Shown in pieces: positions 27,251-35,759 of a DNA stretch of 64,000 nucleotides; the stretch's first letter is position 1; each line of letters starts with the position of its first letter. The notes beneath the pieces were generated by a model. That model was not told where the DNA came from. It worked only from the letters and a program-made list of their open reading frames with translations, and did no database searches. This DNA is from Candidatus Saccharimonadota bacterium (GTDB lineage Bacteria; Patescibacteriota; Saccharimonadia; Saccharimonadales; JAQGHD01), in contig JAQGHD010000023.1 in the NCBI GenBank assembly GCA_028288965.1, positions 7,249 through 71,248 of the forward strand. The letters run 5' to 3'. The position numbers and the translations under genes are program-made.

Positions 27251-28293
27251 AGCGCCGAATAAAGAATCGACTTGTGATTTATTGTAGTTGTCTGATTATT
27301 ATTGCTGGCGGTCTGGGGCTGGGTATCTTGGGAGACAAGGCCGTTAACGATACTCCCCTCAAACAGTATTTTCAGCCTTCTGTAAACCTTCGCGCTGTGT
27401 GGGATTGGACCGATTTGTCCAAAAAAGATCCTAGCACCTGGCAGGCTACGGCCAGGAGCCTTCAAAAGAGACAAATTAATAGTGTATTTATTGACATATC
27501 GAGTTTGGCCCACACCACAGATAAGGCAGCCATTAGTCGTTTTTCCGATAGGCTTACAGGCTACATAGCCAGCATGCAGCGACAAAACATTAGTGTGTAT
27601 GCTGCAGCCGGTAATACTGATTGGAGCAAGCCAGATATGCAGCAGTATCCTTTGCGGGTAGCTAATTATGTTTTTTCGTATAATCATAATAACTCTAAGA
27701 CACCCCTCCAAGGCCTGGAGTTTGATATTGAGTCATATAATCAAACCGATTTTGCCTCATCGCCGTTTTTCCTTAAGGATCAAGCGCTCACACAATATCT
27801 TGACCTGGTAAGCAAACTTGTCACAAATCAACAACGATTGATCAAAGAAGACCCAAATTATTCCCGCATAAATCTGGGCTTTACCATTCCGTATTGGTAT
27901 GACAACGAAAACGGTAACATTGAATCCATCACCTGGCATGATAAAACCGGTCCGACACTATACCACCTCATGGATACTCTTAATCAGTTACCGGCCACAA
28001 ATGTAGTCGTAATGGCTTACCGCAATGCTGCCAACGGTAATGACGGAGCTGTGGCTCACTCTCGTACCGAATTAGCTTATGCTCAAGCTAAAGCTCCTCA
28101 TGTCAAAGTGGTGATCGGACAAGAGACTACTGATGTGCAGCCTTCTAAAATAACGTTCTACGGTCATTCGTTAGCTGACTTTTCGCAACAAATTAACGCC
28201 ATTAGTGATCAAGCTAATACATACGGCGTGTTCGGTGGTATTGCTATTAATGATGTTGACGGCTATTTGCAGATCCAAAACAAAGGCTATTAG
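27247..28293 (+). CDS. Membrane-anchored extracytoplasmic protein, possible glycoside-hydrolase-like TIM barrel
   Basis: The 348-aa ORF is translationally coupled to the synthase through an ATGA overlap. It has an N-terminal signal anchor (LVIYCSCLIIIAGGLGLGIL). The LQGLEFDIES motif resembles the D-x-E acid motif of GH18-like barrels. The family assignment is tentative. Confidence 0.4.
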   Translation: MKRRIKNRLVIYCSCLIIIAGGLGLGILGDKAVNDTPLKQYFQPSVNLRAVWDWTDLSKKDPSTWQATARSLQKRQINSVFIDISSLAHTTDKAAISRFSDRLTGYIASMQRQNISVYAAAGNTDWSKPDMQQYPLRVANYVFSYNHNNSKTPLQGLEFDIESYNQTDFASSPFFLKDQALTQYLDLVSKLVTNQQRLIKEDPNYSRINLGFTIPYWYDNENGNIESITWHDKTGPTLYHLMDTLNQLPATNVVVMAYRNAANGNDGAVAHSRTELAYAQAKAPHVKVVIGQETTDVQPSKITFYGHSLADFSQQINAISDQANTYGVFGGIAINDVDGYLQIQNKGY

Positions 28294-28317
28294 CATACCC
28301 TACCGTCTCAATGGTCT

Positions 28318-30897
28318 ATGCTAGAATGGAAATTAATGAGTAAAAAGGTGAAGCGACTCTTTGAATCTTTTGAGCCAGCCCATTATGTGCTGGATTTGGT
28401 GCCTGATAAAGAGGTCCTGACATTTACTGGCAAAGTTACTATTACTGGCCGGAAAAAAGGTCGTCCCAGTCGCCGACTGACCTTCCACCAGAAAGGCTTA
28501 AAGATAACTCGCGCTGGGGCAACGTTTAAGGACAAAAAAACCGAGAAGCCAATTAGTTTTGACCGTATTAACACACATGACTCCTTTGATGAGCTGCGTT
28601 TACATAGTAAAGAATTACTTTATCCTGGCCAGTACACCGTCGAGCTGGAGTTTAGCGGCAAAATCACTCGCAGCATGGATGGGATTTATCCTTGCTTTTT
28701 TACACTCAATGGCCAAGAAGAGAAGCTTATCGCGACCCAGTTTGAAAGCCATTTTGCACGACAGGTTTTTCCTTGTATTGATGAGCCGGAGGCCAAAGCC
28801 ATCTTTGACCTAACACTTACAGTTCCAAAAAGTGAGGTAGTCGTGGCCAATACGCCTATTGCTTCAACAAAAATAGTTGGCACTATGCAACAGACCACCT
28901 TTGAAACCACTCCTAAAATGTCCTCGTACTTATTGGCCTTTGTGTATGGAAAGTTGGAGTACAAAGAAACCAAAACCAAGGACGGCGTGGTGATACGAGC
29001 TTATGCCACCCCAGAGAATGTAGGGTACACGCAGTATGCCCTGGATTGTGCCGTAAAGTGCCTGGAGTTTTATAACGAATACTTTGATATTCCCTATCCT
29101 CTGCCAAAATACGACATGGTTGCCCTGCCCGATTTTGCAGCTGGAGCCATGGAAAACTGGGGTCTGATAACTTACCGCGAACAAGCTATGCTAGTTGACG
29201 AAGCAAATACCAGCCTGCCCACCAAACAACATGTGGCCGTGGTAGTAGCCCACGAACTGGCACATCAATGGTTTGGCAACTTAGTAACCATGCGCTGGTG
29301 GACCGATTTATGGCTAAACGAGGGCTTTGCCAGCTGGATTGAATACCTGGCGGTCGATCATATGTACCCCCAGTGGGATATGTGGACACAATTTGTGGTG
29401 GATGAGCTGCAACCGGCCTTTAAGCTCGATGCGCTGGAAAACACCCACCCCATTGAGGTACCCATCAATCATCCAGATGAAATTCGGACCATTTTTGACA
29501 CCATCAGCTATAACAAGGGTAGTAGCGCTATACGCATGCTACATGACTTTCTTGGTCCCACGGCTTTTCGAGACGGTTTGCGGCATTATCTTAAGCAACA
29601 CAAGTACGGCAATACTGATACGGTCGATTTATGGGCAGCCCTGGAAGAAGTTTCTAAAAAGCCGGTTAAGCAGTTTATGCACGCCTGGACGAGCTTGCCT
29701 GGCCACCCGATAGTACTGGCTAATGTTGCTAAAAATAACGTATCGCTCAAGCAAGAACGGTTTTATTTTAATCAAAAAAGCCGGGAGGCCAGTAAACCAA
29801 CTATCTGGCCCATCCCACTCTTAAGCGAGGACAATAAGGCGCCGGACAGTGTTTCACAAGCGGCGGAAAGCTTTAGCGTGAGCCAAGGCGACACCTTTAG
29901 GCTTAATCACGGCCAAAGTGCCTTTTATAGAAGCATGTACAACTCAGAGCATCTAGCCAAACTAGGCGAGCAAGTAAGACAAGGTGCACTACCTCCAGTT
30001 GATAGGCTTGGACTACTAAGTGACGCCTTTGACGCTGCTCGAGCTGGCTACAGCAATACGGTAGATGCGCTCCGGTTGCTTACCTATTATGAAAACGAAG
30101 ATAACGCTGCCGTGTGGGACATTATTGCCGGTGGAGTTCTTGGTGTGCGAGCGGTTCTGGCTGACGAAAAACTGCGTGAGGACATGAAGCCATTTATTCG
30201 GCAATTAATTGCTACGCAGCTGAAAAGATTGGGCTGGGAGGCTGGCTCAAGCGAATCACACTTTGATAAATTGCTGCGTCTGACCATTTTGGGTATGGCT
30301 TCTGTGGCAGACGAGCCAAGTGTGGTGGACAAAGCACTGGGCATGTTTAGCAAAATGAAAAAGTCCGAGGACGTGACGCCAGATTTTCGGGCCCTTATTT
30401 ATAACACGGCTGCCCGCAATGGCGCCGAGCCAGAGTATCAAAAACTGCTGAAATTGTACGGCGAGACAAACTCTAGTGAAGAAAAGGTTAACCTAGCTTC
30501 GGCACTCACCGGCTTTAAGCAGCCAGCGCTCATTAAACAAAGCTTAAACTTAATAAAAACTGACGCGGTGCGGCTTCAGGACGTGGCTTACTGGGTGGTT
30601 TATAGCTTTATGAATCGTTACGCCAAGGACATGACCTGGGAATGGTTTAAGGAACATTGGGAGTGGATGGCTAAGGATTTAGCCGGTGATCCAGGTTTTC
30701 CTCGATTACCCGTGTATGCCGCCAGAGCTTTTACCGATAAGTCATTCCTAAAAGATTATGATGCGTTCTTTGCACCCAATCTTACTCCTTTAATTGACCG
30801 CGCAGTGAAGCAAGGTGCCGAAATAGTGGAGTGGCAAGCCGATTGGAAGCAGCGCGAAGCCAAAGCCGTCAAACAATTTTTTAAGGACATGGGTTAA
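28318..30897 (+). CDS. pepN: Aminopeptidase N (M1 family)
   Basis: The 859-aa ORF has the GAMENWG exopeptidase motif, the zinc site HELAHQWFGNLVTMRWWTDLWLNEGFA and a C-terminal ERAP1-like helical domain. ATG 28336 (MSKKVKRLF) is an alternative start. Confidence 0.92.
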   Translation: MLEWKLMSKKVKRLFESFEPAHYVLDLVPDKEVLTFTGKVTITGRKKGRPSRRLTFHQKGLKITRAGATFKDKKTEKPISFDRINTHDSFDELRLHSKELLYPGQYTVELEFSGKITRSMDGIYPCFFTLNGQEEKLIATQFESHFARQVFPCIDEPEAKAIFDLTLTVPKSEVVVANTPIASTKIVGTMQQTTFETTPKMSSYLLAFVYGKLEYKETKTKDGVVIRAYATPENVGYTQYALDCAVKCLEFYNEYFDIPYPLPKYDMVALPDFAAGAMENWGLITYREQAMLVDEANTSLPTKQHVAVVVAHELAHQWFGNLVTMRWWTDLWLNEGFASWIEYLAVDHMYPQWDMWTQFVVDELQPAFKLDALENTHPIEVPINHPDEIRTIFDTISYNKGSSAIRMLHDFLGPTAFRDGLRHYLKQHKYGNTDTVDLWAALEEVSKKPVKQFMHAWTSLPGHPIVLANVAKNNVSLKQERFYFNQKSREASKPTIWPIPLLSEDNKAPDSVSQAAESFSVSQGDTFRLNHGQSAFYRSMYNSEHLAKLGEQVRQGALPPVDRLGLLSDAFDAARAGYSNTVDALRLLTYYENEDNAAVWDIIAGGVLGVRAVLADEKLREDMKPFIRQLIATQLKRLGWEAGSSESHFDKLLRLTILGMASVADEPSVVDKALGMFSKMKKSEDVTPDFRALIYNTAARNGAEPEYQKLLKLYGETNSSEEKVNLASALTGFKQPALIKQSLNLIKTDAVRLQDVAYWVVYSFMNRYAKDMTWEWFKEHWEWMAKDLAGDPGFPRLPVYAARAFTDKSFLKDYDAFFAPNLTPLIDRAVKQGAEIVEWQADWKQREAKAVKQFFKDMG

Positions 30898-31398
30898 ATG
30901 GTACCGTCAGAGTATCAATACGGTAACGGCTACATAGTTCTTAAGGATTTAGTGCTGGCTGGTCTGCCTCAAAAAATTGCCTTGCTTGGGCATGAGTTTT
31001 TTCCTAAATCTGAGTTTCATATTTCTTTGGTCTGCGTTTATAAGTTAGCGGCTCTCATCGATCCAAATAACAAGCCTCTCATCGAAAACCAGATAGTTGC
31101 GGAATTTACCCAGTTTGTACAGCAGCACCCGCTCAGTACCTACACGTTAACACCCAACTTTAGACATGTTCAGAGAGGTGAAAAGCAGACGCTAATTGTT
31201 ATGGCGACGGTGGCCGGGCTTGAGGATTTCTTTAAAACATTAAGCCAAAAATATGGTGTTGAATTGCCGCTGCAACCTGCCCATATAACGCTGTATAGCA
31301 TTAAGCCGGTAACGGGTATTGGCATTTTGTCGCCAGAAGAACTGGCACGTGATTCGCACCAGGTAAAAATAGCCGAGCTTGCAGCTTACTTTAGCTAA
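30898..31398 (+). CDS. 2H phosphoesterase superfamily protein (LigT / cyclic phosphodiesterase-like)
   Basis: The 166-aa ORF has two H-h-(S/T)-h motifs, FHISL and AHITLY, about 87 residues apart. That spacing is the hallmark of the 2H fold. Its start abuts the pepN stop (TAAATG). Confidence 0.6.
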   Translation: MVPSEYQYGNGYIVLKDLVLAGLPQKIALLGHEFFPKSEFHISLVCVYKLAALIDPNNKPLIENQIVAEFTQFVQQHPLSTYTLTPNFRHVQRGEKQTLIVMATVAGLEDFFKTLSQKYGVELPLQPAHITLYSIKPVTGIGILSPEELARDSHQVKIAELAAYFS

Positions 31399-31735
31399 GA
31401 TCATCTAAGAAGTCGGTCACTATAAACTCGGGGCCGCTGACCTCTACGGCGGCCAGTTGATAGTTGCCACTCCAGCGCGTCTTAGCTACCCATAGCTCGG
31501 CAGCAAAGGTCATTTGCTGAAGCTTTTTGGCAGTAATGTAATCTACTCCTGTGCCTTGTGTGTCTTTAGAACGATATTTTACTTCTATAAAATAAATAGT
31601 TTGATTTTGGCGGCCGACAATATCAATCTCGCAGTATCGAGTACGCCAATTTTGTTCCAATAGTTCTAGACCCTTTTGTTTGAGGTATTCCGCTGCTTTA
31701 GCCTCAGCCCGACGGCCAATTTGAAAGGTGGTCAT
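31391..31735 (-). CDS. yraN: YraN family (UPF0102) endonuclease-like protein
   Basis: The 114-aa ORF contains GRRAEAKAAEYLKQKGLELLEQNWRTRYCEIDIVGRQNQTIYFIEVKYR, typical of YraN. It shows the conserved rnhB-yraN gene order, with a 4-nt overlap. Confidence 0.85.
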   Translation of the reverse strand: MTTFQIGRRAEAKAAEYLKQKGLELLEQNWRTRYCEIDIVGRQNQTIYFIEVKYRSKDTQGTGVDYITAKKLQQMTFAAELWVAKTRWSGNYQLAAVEVSGPEFIVTDFLDDLS

Positions 31736-32298
31736 GGTGCAGCTCCAAGCAAGGCCCGAACTGGCTTATAGCTGCGCCGGTGCAGCTGGCAAGGACCATG
31801 CTCCTGCAGTAGCGCGGCGTGCAAGCGCGTGCCGTAGCCAACGTGTTTTTCAAACTTGTAGGCTGGAAATTTACGGGCTATATCTGTCATGTAGGTATCT
31901 CTAGCTACTTTGGCAGCAATACTGGCGGCGCTGACTATAGGATAATGCTGGTCGGCCTTAACTACAGCCTGAACCAGTTTAAACTGATCTGGGCAGTAGT
32001 TGATATTGCCATCAATGATTATGTGTTCATTCACACGACAACCTAATGATTCTAGGGCCCGGCTAACTCCTAGGCGCATCGCCTGGCTTAAGCCCAATCC
32101 GTCTATTTCTATTGGCTGCACCCAGCCTTCACCAATGACACAACTTTCTTTTATAAGTAAGCAGAAAGCTTCCCGCTCGGGTCTGGTAAGTTGCTTGGAA
32201 TCTTTTAAGCCAACGGGAAGTTCCCGTATGGCGCGGGCCGCCACCACTAGCAATGGACCAGCCCAACTTCCTCGCCCTACTTCGTCTATCCCAACCAT
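31732..32298 (-). CDS. rnhB: Ribonuclease HII
   Basis: The catalytic N-terminus GIDEVGRGSWAGPL (DEXGRG) and the C-terminal DSK region are present. The ORF track extends to a GTG at 32361. I prefer ATG 32298 (MVGIDEVGRG) by comparison with the length of typical RNase HII N-termini. Neither start has a clear Shine-Dalgarno. Confidence 0.88.
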   Translation of the reverse strand: MVGIDEVGRGSWAGPLLVVAARAIRELPVGLKDSKQLTRPEREAFCLLIKESCVIGEGWVQPIEIDGLGLSQAMRLGVSRALESLGCRVNEHIIIDGNINYCPDQFKLVQAVVKADQHYPIVSAASIAAKVARDTYMTDIARKFPAYKFEKHVGYGTRLHAALLQEHGPCQLHRRSYKPVRALLGAAP

Positions 32299-32342
32299 GT
32301 TTTTATAGTAACTTACTATGTAGTCAGAGCTATAATAATCAC

Positions 32343-33002
32343 ATGCCAAACCTGGTGACACATGCCTACATAACTACAGAAGTTTTTCCAATGGCTACAC
32401 CGGATATGATAATGGGTAGCACGTTGCCAGACTTTGCGGGTATGTTCAAGGATTATAGGGCATCTACCTTCCTGCTTAGTCAATACGCCCTCACCTCAGA
32501 ATTAAAGCAAGGTATCGGTTTTCATACTGCTACCGACCAGGTTTTCGATTTATTGCCACTACGAAATCAATTACTGGCTGATTGTCGGTCAGACAGTGCC
32601 CGGCAGTTGCCCTTATTAGATAAGAAGGTTGCCGGCGTGTTAGCCAACATCGGCACCGACATACTTATGGACGTGCCTATTTTAGAAAATCAAAAAGGTC
32701 AAAATATATATGACGACCTAAAAATAGCCGTTTTATCAGGTAGAACGGCGCTTGCCGAAACATTTACCCCTAGTTTTACTGAGTTAGTGCAACGATTTTT
32801 TGCTACGGATAGGCCTTATCAGTATCGGGACACTACTTGGTTGACCGAAATGTTGCAACGGCGTTTTTACAAAAGAAATCCTAGATTATCATTTCCGGAC
32901 GAACTTTGTTCAGGTGTGGCTGATATGCTTCAGCGGCAGCTTGGTAGAATTCGCCAACATAGTCAGGTACTGCTGACTCAAACTATCGATACGCTTAAAT
33001 AA
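32343..33002 (+). CDS. Hypothetical protein, weak resemblance to acyl carrier protein phosphodiesterase (AcpH) family
   Basis: From ATG 32343 the protein reads MPNLVTHAYIT..GSTLPDFAGMF..GIGFHTATDQVFD. This parallels E. coli AcpH (MNFLAHLHLA..GNLLADF..GIHMHRRIDVLTD). The ORF-track start 32253 would overlap rnhB. Confidence 0.4.
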   Translation: MPNLVTHAYITTEVFPMATPDMIMGSTLPDFAGMFKDYRASTFLLSQYALTSELKQGIGFHTATDQVFDLLPLRNQLLADCRSDSARQLPLLDKKVAGVLANIGTDILMDVPILENQKGQNIYDDLKIAVLSGRTALAETFTPSFTELVQRFFATDRPYQYRDTTWLTEMLQRRFYKRNPRLSFPDELCSGVADMLQRQLGRIRQHSQVLLTQTIDTLK

Positions 33003-33530
33003 TTATTCTTTTTTGGCTTCGTCGTGTTTAGCTATGGCGGCTTCCGCCTTGGCTTCTTCTGCGGCTTGTTCTTTGGCCTTTGTGGCAGCTTCGATCTCAT
33101 GGTCGGCTTCGGCCTTGGCCTTTAGCTCTTCCTCGGCTTTTTCAGCATCTTCATCGCGAATAGTGTTCACGGCTTCTCGGTCAAAGTCTACGCCGCTCAG
33201 TCGAGCTGATTTGCCAGTTCGCTGGCGCATGTAGGTTAGGTAGTTACGGCGTACTTTGCTTCGCTTGGTAACTTCAACTTTTAGGACAAGCGGGGAGTGC
33301 ATGAGGTAGGTTTTCTCTACACCAATACCGCTGGCAATGCGACGAACAGTAATTGAGCTGGTGTGGCTGCCCTTGCGATCGGTGCGAATAACTAGGCCTT
33401 CAAAGATCTGGACGCGCTCTTTGCTGCCTTCACGAATCTTCTGGTGCACACGAACAGTGTCGCCCGACTTAACGTCTACGACTTGTTTCTTCTTGTACTG
33501 CTCATTAATTTTCTGAATAACAGATTGCAT
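33003..33530 (-). CDS. rplS: 50S ribosomal protein L19 with ~60-aa charged C-terminal extension
   Basis: The L19 core is clear (GDTVRVHQKIREGSKERVQIFEGLVI, ITVRRIASGIGVEKTYLMHSP, VRRNYLTYMRQRTGKSARL). It is followed by an E/A/K-rich tail. Confidence 0.92.
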   Translation of the reverse strand: MQSVIQKINEQYKKKQVVDVKSGDTVRVHQKIREGSKERVQIFEGLVIRTDRKGSHTSSITVRRIASGIGVEKTYLMHSPLVLKVEVTKRSKVRRNYLTYMRQRTGKSARLSGVDFDREAVNTIRDEDAEKAEEELKAKAEADHEIEAATKAKEQAAEEAKAEAAIAKHDEAKKE

Positions 33531-33577
33531 AAAGAGTAATTCTACCTTATTACGGCTGATTCAGCAAGAGGTATTAC

Positions 33578-35200
33578 TTAGCCCACCACGCGGTAGACTT
33601 CTTCTATGGTGGTCAGGCCTTGAATAATTTTGAGTACGCCATCCTGAAGCATGGTAGTCATGCCGCTTTTAACAGCAGCAGCTTCGATCTCCTGGGTGGA
33701 TAGGTGTTTACCACCGGTTTGCAGCAGCTTGCGTATCTCGCCAGTCATTAAAAATTGCTCGCGAATGGCTACTTGGCGCTGGTAACCATAGGGGTTGTCG
33801 GCCGAACTGCCGGGTTTATAGAGCTTTACGCCGCTGAGGTTTGGCTTTTCCAAGCCCGGTGGCAAGCTATCAATAACGGCCTGAAGTTTTTGGAGCGTGG
33901 CAGCGTCTGGTTCATAGGCCTGCCGCGTGGACTCGTCTAAGCGACGGACCAAACGCTGAGCCATCACCAATCGTATAGCGGAAACAAACAGCGGGTTCTC
34001 GCCAATCACGTCCATGAGCCTGGTCAAGGCCGCAGCTGCCGAGCCGGCATGAAAGGTAGAAAGTACCAAATGACCGGTCAAGGAGGCCTGCAGTGCCGTC
34101 TTAGCGGTATCCATGTCGCGAATCTCCCCTACCATGACCACGTCCGGGTCAAGGCGCAGCACGGCCCGAAGCTTATCGGCAAAATTCGTCTGCTGACTGT
34201 TGGCTGTGGTAACAGATATCTGGGTAATACCTTCAAACTGATACTCTACGGGATCTTCAACGGTGATGATCTTACGCTCGTCGTTATTTAGCGAGTTTAA
34301 GATAGAGTACAGTGTGGTGGTTTTACCTGAACCAGTTGGTCCAACGGCCAACACCAGGGCTGAGGGTTTCTGGATAATATTATCTATGACCCCACGCTCT
34401 TTCTCCGATAGTCCAAGCTTATCCAGCACGTACATATCCTGACGCATATTAAACAGGCGCATAACCACGTCCATGCCGTTAATAGCTGGGACGGTTTCGA
34501 CGCGCAAGTTAATGTCGACCTCTGTGCCGTCAGCCATCCGAACGTGTTGGGCAATGTGGCCCTGCTGAGCATCTTGGGCTGAGGTAGAAATATTGCCGGC
34601 ACTGGCAATAGCCGAGATAAGCATCCGACATTTTTCTGGGGTTATTCGGGCAATGGAGTGTAATACGCCATCAATTCTAAAGCGAATACGCACGTATGTT
34701 TGCTGATTTTCCACATGAATGTCACTGGCAGCCAGCTTATGGGCCTGTTGAACTAAGTAGGCCAGCATATCGTCGGCCCGAACTTGTTCTAACACGGCCG
34801 AAACCTTCTTTACAATGTCGGCCGTGCCGGCGGTGTTGAGTTCGATGTCCTGGTAGGTAACTTGTTTGGGTGGGTCATAAAGCCGCATGTAGTCGCGATA
34901 GCCAGCCTCTGATATAAGCGAGAAGGTCACTCGCTGATCCAAAAACCGTTGCCGCAAATTGGTCATTGATTGTTGCGAGGTGGTATTAGTGACGCCAAAA
35001 TGAACATTATGCCCATCAACCTGCAGTGGTATAATGCGCAGTTGATAGAGGTCAGTGGCTGGCATCAAATCCTTATAGATTGGCTTGTTTCCGGGAGTGG
35101 AGGTATCAAAATAAGGCATGCCCAGTATTCGGGCCCGCCTTAAAGTAGTTTGCTCTTCGTCACGCCGAGCGTCTTGACTCATAAGCATAAGTATAACCAA
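33578..35200 (-). CDS. pilB: Type II/IV secretion system ATPase (GspE/PilB family)
   Basis: The 540-aa ORF has an N-terminal T2SSE_N-like region, Walker A GPTGSGKTTT, Asp box ITVEDPVEY, Walker B VVMVGEIRD and His box TGHLVLSTFH. Confidence 0.88.
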   Translation of the reverse strand: MVILMLMSQDARRDEEQTTLRRARILGMPYFDTSTPGNKPIYKDLMPATDLYQLRIIPLQVDGHNVHFGVTNTTSQQSMTNLRQRFLDQRVTFSLISEAGYRDYMRLYDPPKQVTYQDIELNTAGTADIVKKVSAVLEQVRADDMLAYLVQQAHKLAASDIHVENQQTYVRIRFRIDGVLHSIARITPEKCRMLISAIASAGNISTSAQDAQQGHIAQHVRMADGTEVDINLRVETVPAINGMDVVMRLFNMRQDMYVLDKLGLSEKERGVIDNIIQKPSALVLAVGPTGSGKTTTLYSILNSLNNDERKIITVEDPVEYQFEGITQISVTTANSQQTNFADKLRAVLRLDPDVVMVGEIRDMDTAKTALQASLTGHLVLSTFHAGSAAAALTRLMDVIGENPLFVSAIRLVMAQRLVRRLDESTRQAYEPDAATLQKLQAVIDSLPPGLEKPNLSGVKLYKPGSSADNPYGYQRQVAIREQFLMTGEIRKLLQTGGKHLSTQEIEAAAVKSGMTTMLQDGVLKIIQGLTTIEEVYRVVG

Positions 35201-35250
35201 TGCTAGCTGCTTTTGTCAGCTAAACCGCCCAGTATTGTATACTTTGGTCC

Positions 35251-35754
35251 ATGATACGCGAGATAGTCCTCATTGCTCATAATTTGCGTAGTACACACAA
35301 TGTTGGCTCACTGCTACGAACGGCTGAAGGGTTGGGTATCCAGAAGGTATATTTAACTGGTTACACACCGTACCCACTTACTCAAAATGATACACGAATG
35401 CCGCACCTGGCCGCTAAACTTGCTAAGCAGATTAATAAGACTGCACTCGGCGCAGAAACCAGTTTGCAGTGGGAGCATGTCGACGATGTCATCAGTGTAG
35501 TCAGCCTACTCAAGGCCAATGGTTTTGAGATTATTGGGCTTGAGCAAGTCAACCAAGCTATATCGTTGCCAGATTATACGCCAACTGAAAAAGTCGCCGT
35601 ACTTGTTGGGCGTGAAGTAGAAGGCCTGGAACCAGAAGTTGTCGAAGCTTGTAACAAAATAGTCGAGATTCCCATGTTTGGTCAAAAAGAATCGTTCAAT
35701 GTGGTACAAGCAGCCGCCATGGCGCTGTATCATTGCCGATTTGCTGTACAATAG
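35251..35754 (+). CDS. TrmH/SpoU family RNA 2'-O-methyltransferase
   Basis: The 167-aa ORF carries the SPOUT motifs NVGSLLRTAEGLG, LVGREVEGL and IPMFGQKESFNVVQAAAMALY. Confidence 0.82.
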   Translation: MIREIVLIAHNLRSTHNVGSLLRTAEGLGIQKVYLTGYTPYPLTQNDTRMPHLAAKLAKQINKTALGAETSLQWEHVDDVISVVSLLKANGFEIIGLEQVNQAISLPDYTPTEKVAVLVGREVEGLEPEVVEACNKIVEIPMFGQKESFNVVQAAAMALYHCRFAVQ

Positions 35755-35759
35755 TCGTT

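Noticed and set aside
27229-27711. 160-aa minus-strand ORF across the GT2/partner junction. Similar long shadows occur at 49457-49846, 53706-54128, 29327-29713 and 5411-5770.
   Set aside because: Each lies wholly within a confidently assigned gene on the other strand or frame. None has motifs or a ribosome-binding site.
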